Shown here: positions 24,801-36,739 of the stretch, piece by piece
How positions within the stretch are numbered: position 1 is the first letter of the stretch
Layout of the letters: each line of letters opens with the position of its first letter
Source of the DNA: Anthoceros angustus
Taxonomy: Eukaryota; Plantae; Anthocerotophyta
Reading direction: 5' to 3'
NCBI GenBank assembly: GCA_010909165.1
Contig: MU008164.1
Location: 186,001-250,000 of the forward strand
DNA: 64,000 nt
Made by a program: the position numbers and the translations under genes
The notes under the pieces: generated by a model
Told to the model about the DNA's origin: nothing
The model's database searches: none
Seen by the model: only the letters and a program-made list of their open reading frames with translations

Positions 24801-26200
24801 AGCGTTGGTACCTCAAACTCCACAGGCATAACCGGCGAATGCCCATAGGTTAAGTAATACGGAGTTCGTTGCGTAGTTACCTTCTCCGCCGTCCTGAAGG
24901 CCCATAGCGCGGATGGTAGCTTAGTATCCCAGTCGTGCGCATAGTTAACCGTAAGCTTATTCAGGATGCGACAGATAAGTCCGTTGGTCTTCTCCGTTAA
25001 CCCATTGGCCTTCGGGTTGTATGGGGCCGTCTTGCGATGAGTTATACCGAAATAGTCCGTCATTGCAGTTATCACATCATTGAGGAAATGAGTTCCCCTA
25101 TCACTTACCAACTGCAACGGGCACCCATACCGTGATGATGTTCTCATAGAGGAACTTTGCCACTGTGCTTGCAGAGTCCGTCCTTATTCTTTGCCGCCTC
25201 CACCCACGCATGAGTCCATTGCCACCGGGATGTACCTCTTACGTATTGTGTGGTAAGTGGCGTATGGGTCCGACGAAGTCGATACCCCATTTCTCAAACG
25301 GTGCTAGTGCGAGTATGGGCACCAGCCATTGCGTCGTGGGGGTCGGCTTCCCGATCCGCTGACAAGCATCACATCTCTTCACAAACTGGTGCGTTTCTCC
25401 ATACATGGTGGGCCACCAGTATCCGGCCTCCAAGATTTTCTTGGTGGTGACCTGCGCTGCATAATGGCCACCGCCCAGGCCTTCATGCATCCCTTTTATG
25501 ACTACCTCCGTTTCCGCCTGTTGAAGGTACCTACGCTCCACGCCGTCCGGTCCCACCTTAAAGATACATCCGTTGTACATCCACGAGAAGGCGTAGTGTA
25601 CAAAGGCCTGTTGCTGGGCACGGTTTAACCCACTTGGAATCTCCATCTCCCACAGATACCATTCCCAGCGCCTCTCGCTCCGCATGGTGGGCGTCCTCTC
25701 GTCGCTCCTCCTCCTCCTTCCCTTTCACGTTATCCACAAGTTTGGGGTTCCTCAGACTGCGCTCCTCCTCCTGTGTCTCCACGCCACCAATTCCTCGTCC
25801 GGAAAGTCATCCTCCTGATCCCGCAGCGGCTCCGTCTTCAATCTGGACAAGAAGTCAGCATTTTGGTGTTGCCTCCCTTGCCTGGTCTCCACCTCAAAGG
25901 TGAACTCCTGGAGCAGCAGAATCCACCTCGCAATTCGCCCGGACAGGTCTGCCTTATTCACCAGATGCTTGAGCGCGAAGTGATCGACATAGAACACAAA
26001 CTCGTTGGGCAGAAGGTAGTGCCTGAATTTCTTGACCGCGTATACCATTCCCAGCGCCTCTCGCTCCGTAGTAGTGTACCTCCGTTCGCATCGTGAAATT
26101 TGTCTTCCCATAGTAGATTGGATGATCCCTCCTTGTCGTCCTTTTGGTGAGCACTACTCCGATGGCGGCGACACATCTACATACATGGAATCGCTTACTC
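21889..26200. repeat. ~2.15-kb tandem duplication of Gypsy RH-INT-3' UTR (left copy deletion-rich)
   Basis: 21889-24014 parallels 24015-26193. GCTTACTC is present at the start, junction and end. Confidence 0.88.
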
Positions 26201-26995
26201 CGGTCCGGACCCTTTAATCTTGGGCGCTTATCGTGGTGGTCTCAGATCTCGAATGCGCGTTCCTTTACGGTGTCCAAGTCCACCTCCTCCTTCCCGAGTA
26301 ACTCCGCTTGGCGGCCCGCTGCGAAGTCTGGATGAACCGCTTTGTAATAACCCACCATGCCCAGGAATCCCCGCAGTTCCTTCAGATTCGTGGGCGGCTG
26401 CGGTGAATGACCACCTTATCTTGGTCCACCTCTATCCCTGTGACACGGTGTCCAAGTCCACTCCTCCTCCTTCCTGAGTAACTCCGTTAGCTTGGCGGCC
26501 CGCTTTGCGAAGTCCTGGATGAACCGCCTGTAATAACCCACCATGCCGAGGAATCCCCGCAGTTCCTTCAGATTCGTGGGCGGCTGCAGGGACTGAATGA
26601 CCCTGACCTTATCTTGGTCCACCTCTATCCCCCGCGCCGACACACGGTGTCCCAGCAGGATTCCCTCCGTCATTCCAAAGTAGCATTTCTCCGGATGTAG
26701 ACACAGCTGGGTTTCCTTACAACGCTCCAAGCACTTCCGCAGGTGCCCAACGTGCTTGTCTTCCTCTCCATGTACGCAAAAGTCGTCCAGGAATACCTCC
26801 ATGAAGTCCCTCAGAAAATCCCTGAAGACGTTGGTCACCATCCGCATGAATGATCCGGGTGCTCCTGTCATCCCAAAGGCGCTTCGCTTGTAAGCGAACG
26901 TTCCCCACTCCGTGGTGAACGTTGTCTTATCCCAGTCCGACTCCCTTAGGTGCAGTTGGTTGTAGCCGGAGTATCCATCCAAGAAGGAGTAAGTA
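24440..26995 (-). pseudogene. Gypsy pol fragment: RT, RNase H, integrase
   Basis: YSFLDGYSGYNQ...VFLDDF (RT); TTTEREALGMVYAVKKFRHYL...NADFLSRL (RH); GGHYA..T...YWWPTM...CDACQR, KWGIDFVGP, VSDRGTHF, YNPKANGLTE, RWMGPY...VNGWRVKKY (INT). Confidence 0.93.
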
Positions 26996-27004
26996 CTCCG
27001 TCCA

Positions 27005-28036
27005 TTGCGCGGGAATGAGCGCTCCCTATGCGAATGAGCGCATATGAGCGCTCCCTATGCGGAAGAAATCCACTCTCCTTGGCCATCGAGAACATGATGT
27101 CGCGAACAGCATCATTCATAGCGATACGCTGCCCTTCAACTGGACAGCGAGCCAGGTGGGACCCAGAGGCGTCGAGGGGGCCCAACAGCTGCAAGATGAT
27201 AGAAAACAGGCCAAAGGCTAGATCAAGCCTACACGGAACCTCATCGCGGTAGAAAAAGAGGCTGGTGCGATTCGGAGAGCTTGCATGCACGGCTGAGCCA
27301 AAACCTAGGAGCCCGCTCCCTTCCCCGAGCAAGACGGAGGCGAGCCCGAGCAGGCTGGGGAATAGTAGAATCCAGAAAAAGGGCCACCGCCACCTGCCCG
27401 AAAGTGCTTTTCCTTGAGAGAGGCCTGAAGATCGTGCAGCCCATCCACAAAGAGCATGGAAAAAAGAGGCATTGCCGCCCTAGCCTCCGAGGATAAGGAA
27501 TCCCTAGCCAACCTTAGTGAAACCTGTAAAGGGAAGGCCCCCTCCTCAACACCAGAGACGAAGGCCTCCAAGATGAAGGGATCCTGGATTAAGAACCCAG
27601 AGGCCAAGATGGGGGCAGAGAGGGCCCAGCTCCCAAGGAAGTTCACTGGCGCCGAGCCTCCATGGCCAACAGACCAGTTCCCCCAAAGGCGACAAGTAGG
27701 GATGCTTGCCGCCTCACCAAACCCCTGTGGCACACTCGAAGATTCTTGGCCCAATGATATGCCCAAACACCTGCATAACCTGTTTATCGAACTTCTCTAA
27801 GCTTGATAGAAAAACTGGGGAGGGAGCAACCGTTCTTGTGAGGTATCCTAGCTGATGCACGAAGCAGGAAAAAAGGATGCCAAATGCCACCTGAGGGTCC
27901 CCTGACTGAGAGAGGTTGTTGGTGTAGGCCAAGTCTTCCCCCAAAGTAGCATCGACAAAACCTGGAACGAAGTCCAAGGGTCCCACCGGCACCCCCAAGA
28001 TGCGAAGTCCCTTCACGGAAAGAATGTTTCCCCTAA
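27005..28036 (-). mobile_element. CRE-clade-like non-LTR retrotransposon fragment (post-RT region and zinc knuckle preceding an RLE domain)
   Basis: GLRILGVPVG..DFV, DPQVAFGIL..C....LGYLTRT..P, and LDASGSHLARCP..G.R...NDAVRD...MAKESG....RE match recalled CRE-type ORF motifs. The fragment is frameshifted. Confidence 0.65.
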
Positions 28037-28290
28037 TGAGAATCAATAGCTCTTGGGCACAAAGTGCTAGAATACAATGAATAATGAAAATAAAGAGTAC
28101 AAGCCTATTTAAAGGCCATATGGTTACAACCATAAGTGGTTGTAACCAACAAATAGGTGTAACTATAAAGTAGTTGTAACTAACTAACTACTAACTACCT
28201 AAGAGCAACCACCTAAAGCCCTAGCATTTAATTAATCATTAAATGCTGGTGCCCTAGTGAATAGTGCCCTAAAGGTAATATATTTCATCA
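28037..28290 (-). repeat. Copia-2 3' LTR (duplicated at 29909-30162)
   Basis: TGAGA...CATCA termini, adjacent purine tract (minus strand TGGGAG), AT-rich, and interrupts the CRE ORF exactly at 28036. Confidence 0.65.
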
Positions 28291-28620
28291 CTCCCACTCA
28301 CTATGAAGTAGGGGTGAGAATTAGCTTCCAAATGAGTCTACTTAGGGTAATAGACTCCCACTAGAGGGCCAACCATTACCAAAATGAAAAGTAAGTTAAG
28401 CAATAACTTGAAAGCATAAACTGGTTTAAGCAATCAAATTAAGAGAATTAATAAAAGGGGAAATTAATTAGCTGGAATTTTCCACACGAAAATAGGGATT
28501 GAAAAATTGGCCATAAATAAATGAAGGGTATGACCCTTCATGTATACCCCCTTCGTATGGGGGGTACATAAATCAGTTACTTACGGGGCCGCTCTTCCAT
28601 ACACACGAAACACCAGAAAA

Positions 28621-29690
28621 ATGGCTGGAAAAACAGAACTGCAAAGAGAACTTGTGGAGATGGAGGGAGCGCGCTGCAGATCTGCTGAAAAGAGAGCCCG
28701 CGCGTGCGCCCAGCTGAGGCACGACGCGCGTGGGCGCTTCCTCCCCCACGCGCGCGCCCACGCGCCCATGGGGAGGTGCCACGCCCGATCCACATGTGAG
28801 GAGGACGCCGAATCTGTAGCTGCCTTGGAAATTCTGGGGCTTGATGTGCTGAACGGGGGTCTACTGCTGAGGGCGCACCCCCCTAAAGGAATGGAGAGGG
28901 GAGCCCTTGCATCAAACATGAAGATCCACCTGCATTTCCATAATCCTGCACAGAATCCACTTTCTGGCTTGAGAAATTGTGAAGCTCGGCCCGTGAATGA
29001 TGAACACACTGCTGATATGAAGGAAGGTGGGGCATAGGCGCCCCAGCCCTCTACTCCTAATGACCAAGTGCCTCAAAACAATTCCCATTGTGCTGATCAC
29101 AAGCTGGATGAAAACAATGAAGAGATGCTGCAAAATGTTGCCAATGCCGTGAGGGCAAGTGAGCACTTTATCTTTGGGTTGAGTTTCCATTCTTCTATTT
29201 CCAAAATACTAATCCATTTTTAAATGCTTGATATAGGTGAAATGGAAAATTGCGATAAAAGCAACCCAATACAAACTTTGCACCCTTCATTAGCCACCAT
29301 AAATTTCAGCCAAGAGGCTCCAAACCTAAATTACATTTCGTCGTCATCGTCCGAGTCCATGAAGGCTGAGTGGCATGCAGACGATACCGATGATGAGGAT
29401 ATCTCAAGTGGTCAAGCTGTTGAAATAAAAATGGCCAAATCCAAAGCTCAAGGAATATGTGAAGGTCCCTCATGGAGGTCAAAGACCACGAGGACCTTTT
29501 CTTGGAGGAGAAGCAAGTCGAGGATCTTAGCCGATATGCAATCGTAAGTGCCTCCCAGCTTCTAATAACTCCTCCAAATTTAATAAATTCTGTTGCATTT
29601 GGCTAATGGAGGTTTTTGATAGATCGACATGAGCAAAGGATAAGGAATTGATGGATGATGAGGAGCTAAACCCGAGTAAAGGAAAAAGAA
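28621..29690 (+). pseudogene. Antisense spliced accessory gene of Copia-2, copy 1 (one in-frame TAG at 29035-29037)
   Basis: ATG 28621 (MAGKTELQRELVEME...). The frame continues past the TAG to intron 29159-29236 (GTGAGC...CTAAT...TAG) and splices in frame to exon 2. Confidence 0.6.
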
Positions 29691-30479
29691 AAGCGGGAGG
29701 GAGCAACCGTTCTTGTGAGGTATCCTAGCTGATGCACGAAGCAGGAAAAAAGGATGCCAAATGCCACCTGAGGGTCCCCTGACTGAGAGAGGTTGTTGGT
29801 GTAGGCCAAGTCTTCCCCCAAAGTAGCATCGACAAAACCTCGAACGAAGTCCAAGGGTCCCAAGACCCCAAGATGCTAAGTCCCTTCACGGAAAGAATGT
29901 TTCCCTAATGAGAATCAATAGCTCTTGGGCACAAAGTGCTAGAATACAATGAATAATGAAAATAAAGAGTACAAGCCTATTTAAAGGCCATATGGTTACA
30001 ACCATAAGTGGTTGTAACCAACAAATAGGTGTAACTATAAAGTAGTTGTAACTAACTAACTACTAACTACCTAAGAGCAACCACCTAAAGCCCTAGCATT
30101 TAATTAATCATTAAATGCTGGTGCCCTAGTGAATAGTGCCCTAAAGGTAATATATTTCATCACTCACTATGAAGTAGGGTGAGAATTAGCTTCAAATGAG
30201 TCTACTTAGGGTAATAGACTCCCACTAGAGGCCAACCATTACCAAAATGAAAAGTAAGTTAAGCAATAACTTGAAAGCATAAACTGGTTTAAGCAATCAA
30301 ATTAAGAGAATTAATAAAAGGGGAAATTAATTAGCTGGAATTTTCCACACGAAAATAGGGATTGAAAAATTGGCCATAAATAAATGAAGGGTATGACCCT
30401 TCATGTATACCCCCTTCGTATGGGGGGTACATAAATCAGTTACTTACGGGGCCGCTCTTCCATACACAAACACGGAAAA

Positions 30480-31531
30480 ATGGGAAGACAGGCGCAAAGA
30501 GAACTTGTGGAGATGGAGGGAGCGCGCTGCAGATCTGCTGAAAAGAGAGCCCGCGTGCGCCAGCTGAGCACGGCGCGTGGCGCTTCCTCCCCACGCGCAC
30601 GCCCATGGGGAGGTGCCACGCCCGATCCACATGTGAGGAGGATGCCGAATCAGAGCCTTGGAAAATTGGGGCTTGATGTGCTGAACGGGGTCTCACTGAG
30701 GCGCACCCCTAAAGGAATGGAGGAGCCCTTGCATCAAACATGAAGATCCACCGCATTTCCATAATCCCGCATGTAATCCACTTTACGGCTTGAGAAATTG
30801 TGAAGCTCGGCGTGAATGATGAACACACCGATATGAAGGAAGGTGGGGCATAGGCGCCCCAGCCTCTACTCCTAATGACCAAGTGCCTCAAAACAATTCC
30901 CATTGTCTTGATCATGTCGGATGAAAACAATGAAGAGATCTACAAAATGTTGCCAATGCCGTGAGGGCAAGTGAGCACTTTATCTTTGGGTTGAGTTTCC
31001 ATTCTTCTATTTCCAAAATACTAATCCATTTTTAAATGCTTGATATAGGTGAAATGGAAAATTGCGATAAAAGCAACCCAATACAAACTTTGCACCCTTC
31101 ATTAGCCACCATAAATTTCAGCCAAGAGGCTCCAAACCTAAATTACATTTCGTCGTCATCGTCCGAGTCCATGAAGGCTGAGTGGCATGCAGACGATACC
31201 GATGATGAGGATATCTCAAGTGGTCAAGCTGTTGAAATAAAAATGGCCAAATCCAAAGCTCAAGGAATATGTGAAGGCAGTCCCTCATGGAGGTCAAAGA
31301 CCCTGAGGACCTTTTCTTCGGAGGAGAAGCAAGTCGAGGATCTTAGCCGATATGCAACTGGTAAGTGCCTCCCACTGCTTCTAATAACTCCTCCGAAATT
31401 TAATAAATTCCTGTTGCATTTGGCTAATGGAGGTTTTTGATAGATCAGCTTATGAGCAAAGGATAAAGGAATTGATGGATGATGAGGAGCTAAACCCGAG
31501 TAAAGGAAAAGAAAAACTGGAGAGTGGTTAG
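30480..31531 (+). pseudogene. Antisense spliced accessory gene of Copia-2, copy 2 (exon 1 indel-damaged; exons 2-3 intact)
   Basis: Introns 30971-31048 and 31361-31448 (GTAAGT...CTAAT...CAG). The spliced product ends ...SRYAT/AYEQRIKELMDDEELNPSKGKEKLESG*. Confidence 0.62.
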
Positions 31532-33970
31532 TTGGACTAAAGATTTTTCGGAATATGCATTTTGCTTAAGCCACTATGCATATGCTAACCTATGGCATGT
31601 AATAACCCAGGTGAAATGAAATGCTCAGGCACTAAGGGAGTGACTCTGGCAATACCAAGGAAGCAAAAAAGTAATGGGAAAGAAAAATATGATATCCCAG
31701 ATGGTTTGATGTCAACGGGTAACTTAGATAAGCAAGTTTACCTGGTGTACCCCGGAGGAGTTGAACATGGTTAAACCCCGGAGGAGTATGTATGCAAGAA
31801 AACCGGCATACATATGGTGTGGTTAGGATGTGAACCTTGCACAGAATTTGAAGGCCACGTTAAACACACATATAGTAAGTGCCAATGCCTTAACCTAATA
31901 GCACTTTATAAATTTATAATAAAAACTATAAACTAATACCTAATGATTTGTTTATTAGGATCTGTTTGGTCACTTAGCGAATATGAGGAGGACCAAGTAG
32001 AGATAGAAGGAGATCTCTAACATCTCACGTATGTAATGATACTCGACGGCTATGTACTTAGTTCTAGAATGATACTCGACGGCTATGTGCTTAGTTCTAG
32101 AGTGGAAGACAGGGTTACGAGCTAGAGCTATGGCTCCCTGACTATCACTGTACAATGGAGTTGGACTGGTTTGAATATGATTGAGTTCACTCAAAGCTAA
32201 CCTACTCCATACTATATCCTTAGAGACTGAGGTGAGGACCCTATACTCTGACTCAGTACTTGATAAAGCAATGATAGGTTGCTTCTTACTTGACCATGAG
32301 ATAGGGGCTCCTCCCAGCAATAGAACATAGCTTGATACAAATTTTCGGGTATCAGGGTCGCCGACATAGTCAGCATCAGCATATGTTGTTAGAGTTAATT
32401 TTGATATGCCGGGTGTCTGTTTATACATGAGTCTTGTGTGCATAGTTCCTTTGAGGTACCTGAATATGCGCTTAACACATTGCTAATGTTGTCTTCCAGG
32501 GTTCTCAAGAAACTGCGAAACTGCACTAACTTTAAAGGATACATCTGGTCTTGTGAAGTTGCTTAAGTATATTAAGGTGCCAACAGCATGCCTGTAAGGC
32601 ACTGCTAACATTTCATCGTTCTCAGCTTCTGTTTTGGGACTCATCTCTGAAGTAAGCCTTGTGCCACTAGGAAAAGGTGTAGCGGCTGGTTTTGCATCTT
32701 CAAGTCCAAATTTTGCTAAACTCTCTTTAATATACTTAGTTTGAACTAAGCTGATGGATTTATTACCTCTCTTCCTGATGATGTTAATGCCAAGGGCATA
32801 GGTCAGCTCTCCCAAGTCTGTCATTTCATAAAAACTTCTTCACCATGCTTTAATTTCAGCTATCCCTTTTTTTGTGGGAGAGTGAGGATGATGTTAAAAA
32901 TAAATCATCAACATAGAGTAAGAGGTAAAGGATGTTGTTTCCTGATCTTAATATATACATGCTCGCGTCAGCTTTGCTTTGTACAAAGCCATACTTGATG
33001 AGTTTGTCATGTATGTCCTTGTTCCATTCCTTTCCGGATCGCATTAGGCCCTAAAGACCTTTGATTAAGCAGTTTTGACGTCCATCATATGAAGGTGTAA
33101 ATCATATTGAGTGGTCAAGGCAATTATCATTCTTAAGGAGGCAAATTTTGCTATTGGAGCGTATGTAGCCCAAGGTATGTAATCTAGGCCAGGTATTTGG
33201 GTAAACCCTCTGGCTACTAGTCAAGATTGCCTTATATCTTTCAATGGAATCATCACCCTTACGTTTAATTTTGAATACCCATTTACTCCCAACTATTTTT
33301 CTCCCTTTGGGTGGTTTGACTAATTCTCATGTGGAGTTTTTGACAAGGGAGTCGAACTTTGAGTCCACTGCGGCTTTCCATAAGTCTTTCTCAGGAGAGG
33401 AAAATGCTTGTTTCAAAGTTAGTGGCTCTTCAGGGTCAACTGTGGCTTTGTAGACAGCTTGATGGAAATGGGAAAAGGTGAGGAGGGATCATCAAAAGTA
33501 GTAAGATATCCCAAAGGTGGTTCCTTCCATCTGGCAGGCCCAGAGATAGCTGGTCTGGTCCTTAGGTTGTACCTTGGTGCAGGTTGTACATCTTCATTGA
33601 CGACTTGTTTTGGAATGTTGACTTCTTCTTCAAGAGCTGCTTCATATGTAGGAGAAACAAGCTCATCTTCAACCAGATATTCAGGCTCGGAAGGTTCAAT
33701 GTCCGGGATATAAGGAAGATCCGCAAGATGTTGAGGAATTTCCATATCTGGATCTGGAGTCGTAGGTCGTCTTGGAGAATGTGGCTCCTCCTTCGCCGGC
33801 AGTATGGGTTCAACCAAAGGAGAGGAAGTGGAGGAGTGTAGAGTAATGAATTTGTCAGCATCAAAAGACGAAAGCTGACTATGGTCATCAGGAAGGAAAA
33901 CATGGGAGTCCACTAAAGGGGAGAGAATGGGAGACTCATGAAAAGTAACGCTCCTTGTAGTGGGATCAAA

Positions 33971-34741
33971 TGTCGTGGCACCAGACTTGTTTTACAAGAA
34001 TATATATAGTAGCCTAGAGGTAGGCTGGCTATATATGTGATTTTGGCCATTAGGAAATAGCTATTAATTAGCTTACCCCATATGAAGCTATTTAGTGACA
34101 TTATCGGATAGGTTATTAGGCCATTTAGGTCATTTCTAGACGAGGGCAAACCCGGCAGTGGCTCGTGGGCTACATCATGAAGCCCGCAACGGCCAAAGGA
34201 TCACGCGAGGTGGTGGCCTCATCACAGGAGGAGGTGCTAGCTCATGATGGTGGCCAAGACCTCAAGGCGGCGATGGCATTGCAACCAGCTTGTCGAAGTC
34301 CGTGGAAAGGGAATGTTCGAGACTCACGCAAAACCGCGGTGTTGCTGGATTTCTAATTGGAATGCAAGGTTTTGGTGTGCATGTGGCTCGAGCGATTGCA
34401 ATGTGTGTGGGTGCTGCGGCAAGTCCGGATTACCAACTCAGGCGGCCGTGTAGGGCGGCCGTGTAGGGCGGCCGTGTGGGGCAGCCGTGTGGGGCAGCCC
34501 GTGTAGGGCGGCAGGTGTAGGCAGCCCGTGTGGGGCAGCCCGTGTAGGCAGCCGTGTGGGGCAGCCCTTTGATTCGTGTGCCAGTGCGCCCACGGCCTGC
34601 GTGAGTCTGCTGGCATGTCTGGCGGTGTGGCATGGACATAATTTCCTTTTGCCTGTTTTCTTGTTGCGGTGAAGGCGGTGGGCCAGGCCAGCGGGATGCA
34701 CGTACCTTGTGTGCCCAACAGCCGGTGATGCACACACGACA
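33971..34741. mobile_element. 771-bp solo LTR inserted in the Copia-2 integrase C-terminus
   Basis: Terminal inverted repeat TGTCGTG...CACGACA and flanking duplication CAAA(T). Removing it restores GYKLFDPTTRSVTFHES. Confidence 0.85.
34441..34567. repeat. GC-rich 13-14 bp tandem repeat (GGC[A/G]GCC[C]GTGT[A/G]G) inside the solo LTR
   Basis: About 9 consecutive units visible. Confidence 0.85.
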
Positions 34742-35383
34742 CAAATAATTTGTATCCTTTATGCATTCAGTGTAGCCGATAAAAATATACTTGGCGGCCT
34801 TATCATCTAATTTCTTTCGCTGTGCTTTAGGAATAAAAACATAAGCGGTACAACCAAAAGTCCGGAGATGGTCGATAGAAGGCTTTCTCCCAATGAATGC
34901 TTCATAAGTTGTCATACCTGTGACTGCAGAAGTTGGGATTCTATTGAAGAGGTAGGTTGCTGTTAACAGTGCTTCAGCCCAATAAGTCTTGGATAATTTA
35001 GCTTGGGAGAGCAAGCAACCAGTGATCTCTTGAAGGCGTAAATTTTTATTCTCTGCTACGCCATTTTGCTGAGGTGTGTGGACAACTGTGAGTTGTTGAG
35101 CTATACCTTCAGCCTGACAAAATGCAGCAAAATTATTCGATGTAAACTCTCCTCCATTGTCGGAACAGAGGGTCTTGAGTTTCTTGTTAGTAAGTCTCTC
35201 TGCCCACATCATGTAGTCCTTGAAATACTGAAAAGCCTGACTTTTGTATTGAAGGATGTATGTTGTTGTGAAGCAGGAGAAATCATCTATGAAGGTGATG
35301 AAGTATCTGCAACCACTAAAGGAGGGGGCAGAGATGGGGCCACAAATGTCTGTATGAACTAACTCAAGAGGGGCACGAGCCCG

Positions 35384-36412
35384 CTGTGGAGAGTTGTTGT
35401 GGAAAGGGGCTTGGTGTCGTTTGGTGAGGACACAAGCCTCGCACCAGGATAGAGGTTCTATCTGTGAGAGGATGGGAGTTCGATAGAGATTTCCCTTAGA
35501 CATTTGTATGAGCTTTTGGCTATTAGGATGACCTAATCGACAATGCCAAAGTATGGTGTTGGAGGAGGTAGCAGAATTGTGGGAAGTTACATGTATAATG
35601 TGTAAGGGACCCACTGTGACAGACAGTTTATATAACCCGTCCTCTAGTGTGCCAAAACAGATGGTATATGACTTATTTGAGAGATATGAAATAAGACAAC
35701 TATCTGCGTTAAGGATGACTTGCATGCTATGTTCTGAACATAAGCTAGTGGCAGTCACTAGGTTCTTACACATGGAGGGTACATGAAGGACTTGGGAAAG
35801 AGAAAGAGTTTGGCCTAAGGAACATCTCAACACAACTGAACCTATACCCAGTATGGGAAGGTTATGATCATCACCCAAGAGGACTGACTGGTGTCCTGTG
35901 GAGAGTTGTTGTGGAAAGGGGCTTGGTGTCGTTTGGTGAGGACACAAGCCTCGCACCAGGATAGAGGTTCTATCTGTGAGAGGATGGGAGTTCGATAGAG
36001 ATTTCCCTTAGACATTTGTATGAGCTTTTGGCTATTAGGATGACCTAATCGACAATGCCAAAGTATGGTGTTGGAGGAGGTAGCAGAATTGTGGGAAGTT
36101 ACATGTATAATGTGTAAGGGACCCACTGTGACAGACAGTTTATATAACCCGTCCTCTAGTGTGCCAAAACAGATGGTATATGACTTATTTGAGAGATATG
36201 AAATAAGACAACTATCTGCGTTAAGGATGACTTGCATGCTATGTTCTGAACATAAGCTAGTGGCAGTCACTAGGTTCTTACACATGGAGGGTACATGAAG
36301 GACTTGGGAAAGAGAAAGAGTTTGGCCTAAGGAACATCTCAACACAACTGAACCTATACCCAGTATGGGAAGGTTATGATCATCACCCAAGAGGACAGAC
36401 TGGTGTCCTGTG
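35384..36412. repeat. 512-bp near-perfect tandem duplication in the Copia-2 PR/pre-integrase region
   Basis: Identical ORFs at 35553 and 36065. CTGTG microhomology at 35384, 35896 and 36408. Confidence 0.93.
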
Positions 36413-36739
36413 ACTGGGGAGTAAGACTCAAGAGAGTGCTTGTTGTGGCAGACATGAGATGTGGCTCCACTGTCCAAATACCAGAATTGGATTGTTGATT
36501 TGGTCGATGCCAAGCAGACAGTGAGAGCCGATGGTGTTGTCGAAGATTGTTTCTTGACAGCAACATGTGCTCCAGGTGCGGCCTCCCTTTTAGGCTCGCC
36601 GTTCTTTTTTTTCTTGCAGTTCTTCTCCATGTGGTTAGGAATTCTGCACCAATTACATATTACTCCAACCTTCTTGTTACCTCTTGCAGGTGTTGAAGAA
36701 GATGAAGATTCTCCATGAGGAGAGTTTGGATTCGGGCAA

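Larger units (their letters stand above)
4844..26995 (-). mobile_element. Ty3/Gypsy (non-chromovirus, Athila/Phygy-like) retrotransposon, 5'-truncated, with a long 3' accessory region; interrupted by a Copia
   Basis: RT-RH-INT order on the minus strand at 26995-24440, with no chromodomain after the GPY motif. Related GC-rich sequence continues across the Copia insertion (TSD CCTCG) down to a putative LTR. Confidence 0.75.
27818..31520. repeat. ~1.88-kb tandem duplication spanning the CRE fragment, Copia-2 LTR and antisense gene
   Basis: 27818-29694 parallels 29695-31520. The ORFs at 29224 and 31036 are identical over the first ~80 aa. Confidence 0.9.

Noticed and set aside
34430-34741. Novel C-terminal extension on the Copia-2 integrase ORF
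   Set aside because: Read-through into the solo-LTR insertion after a frameshift.
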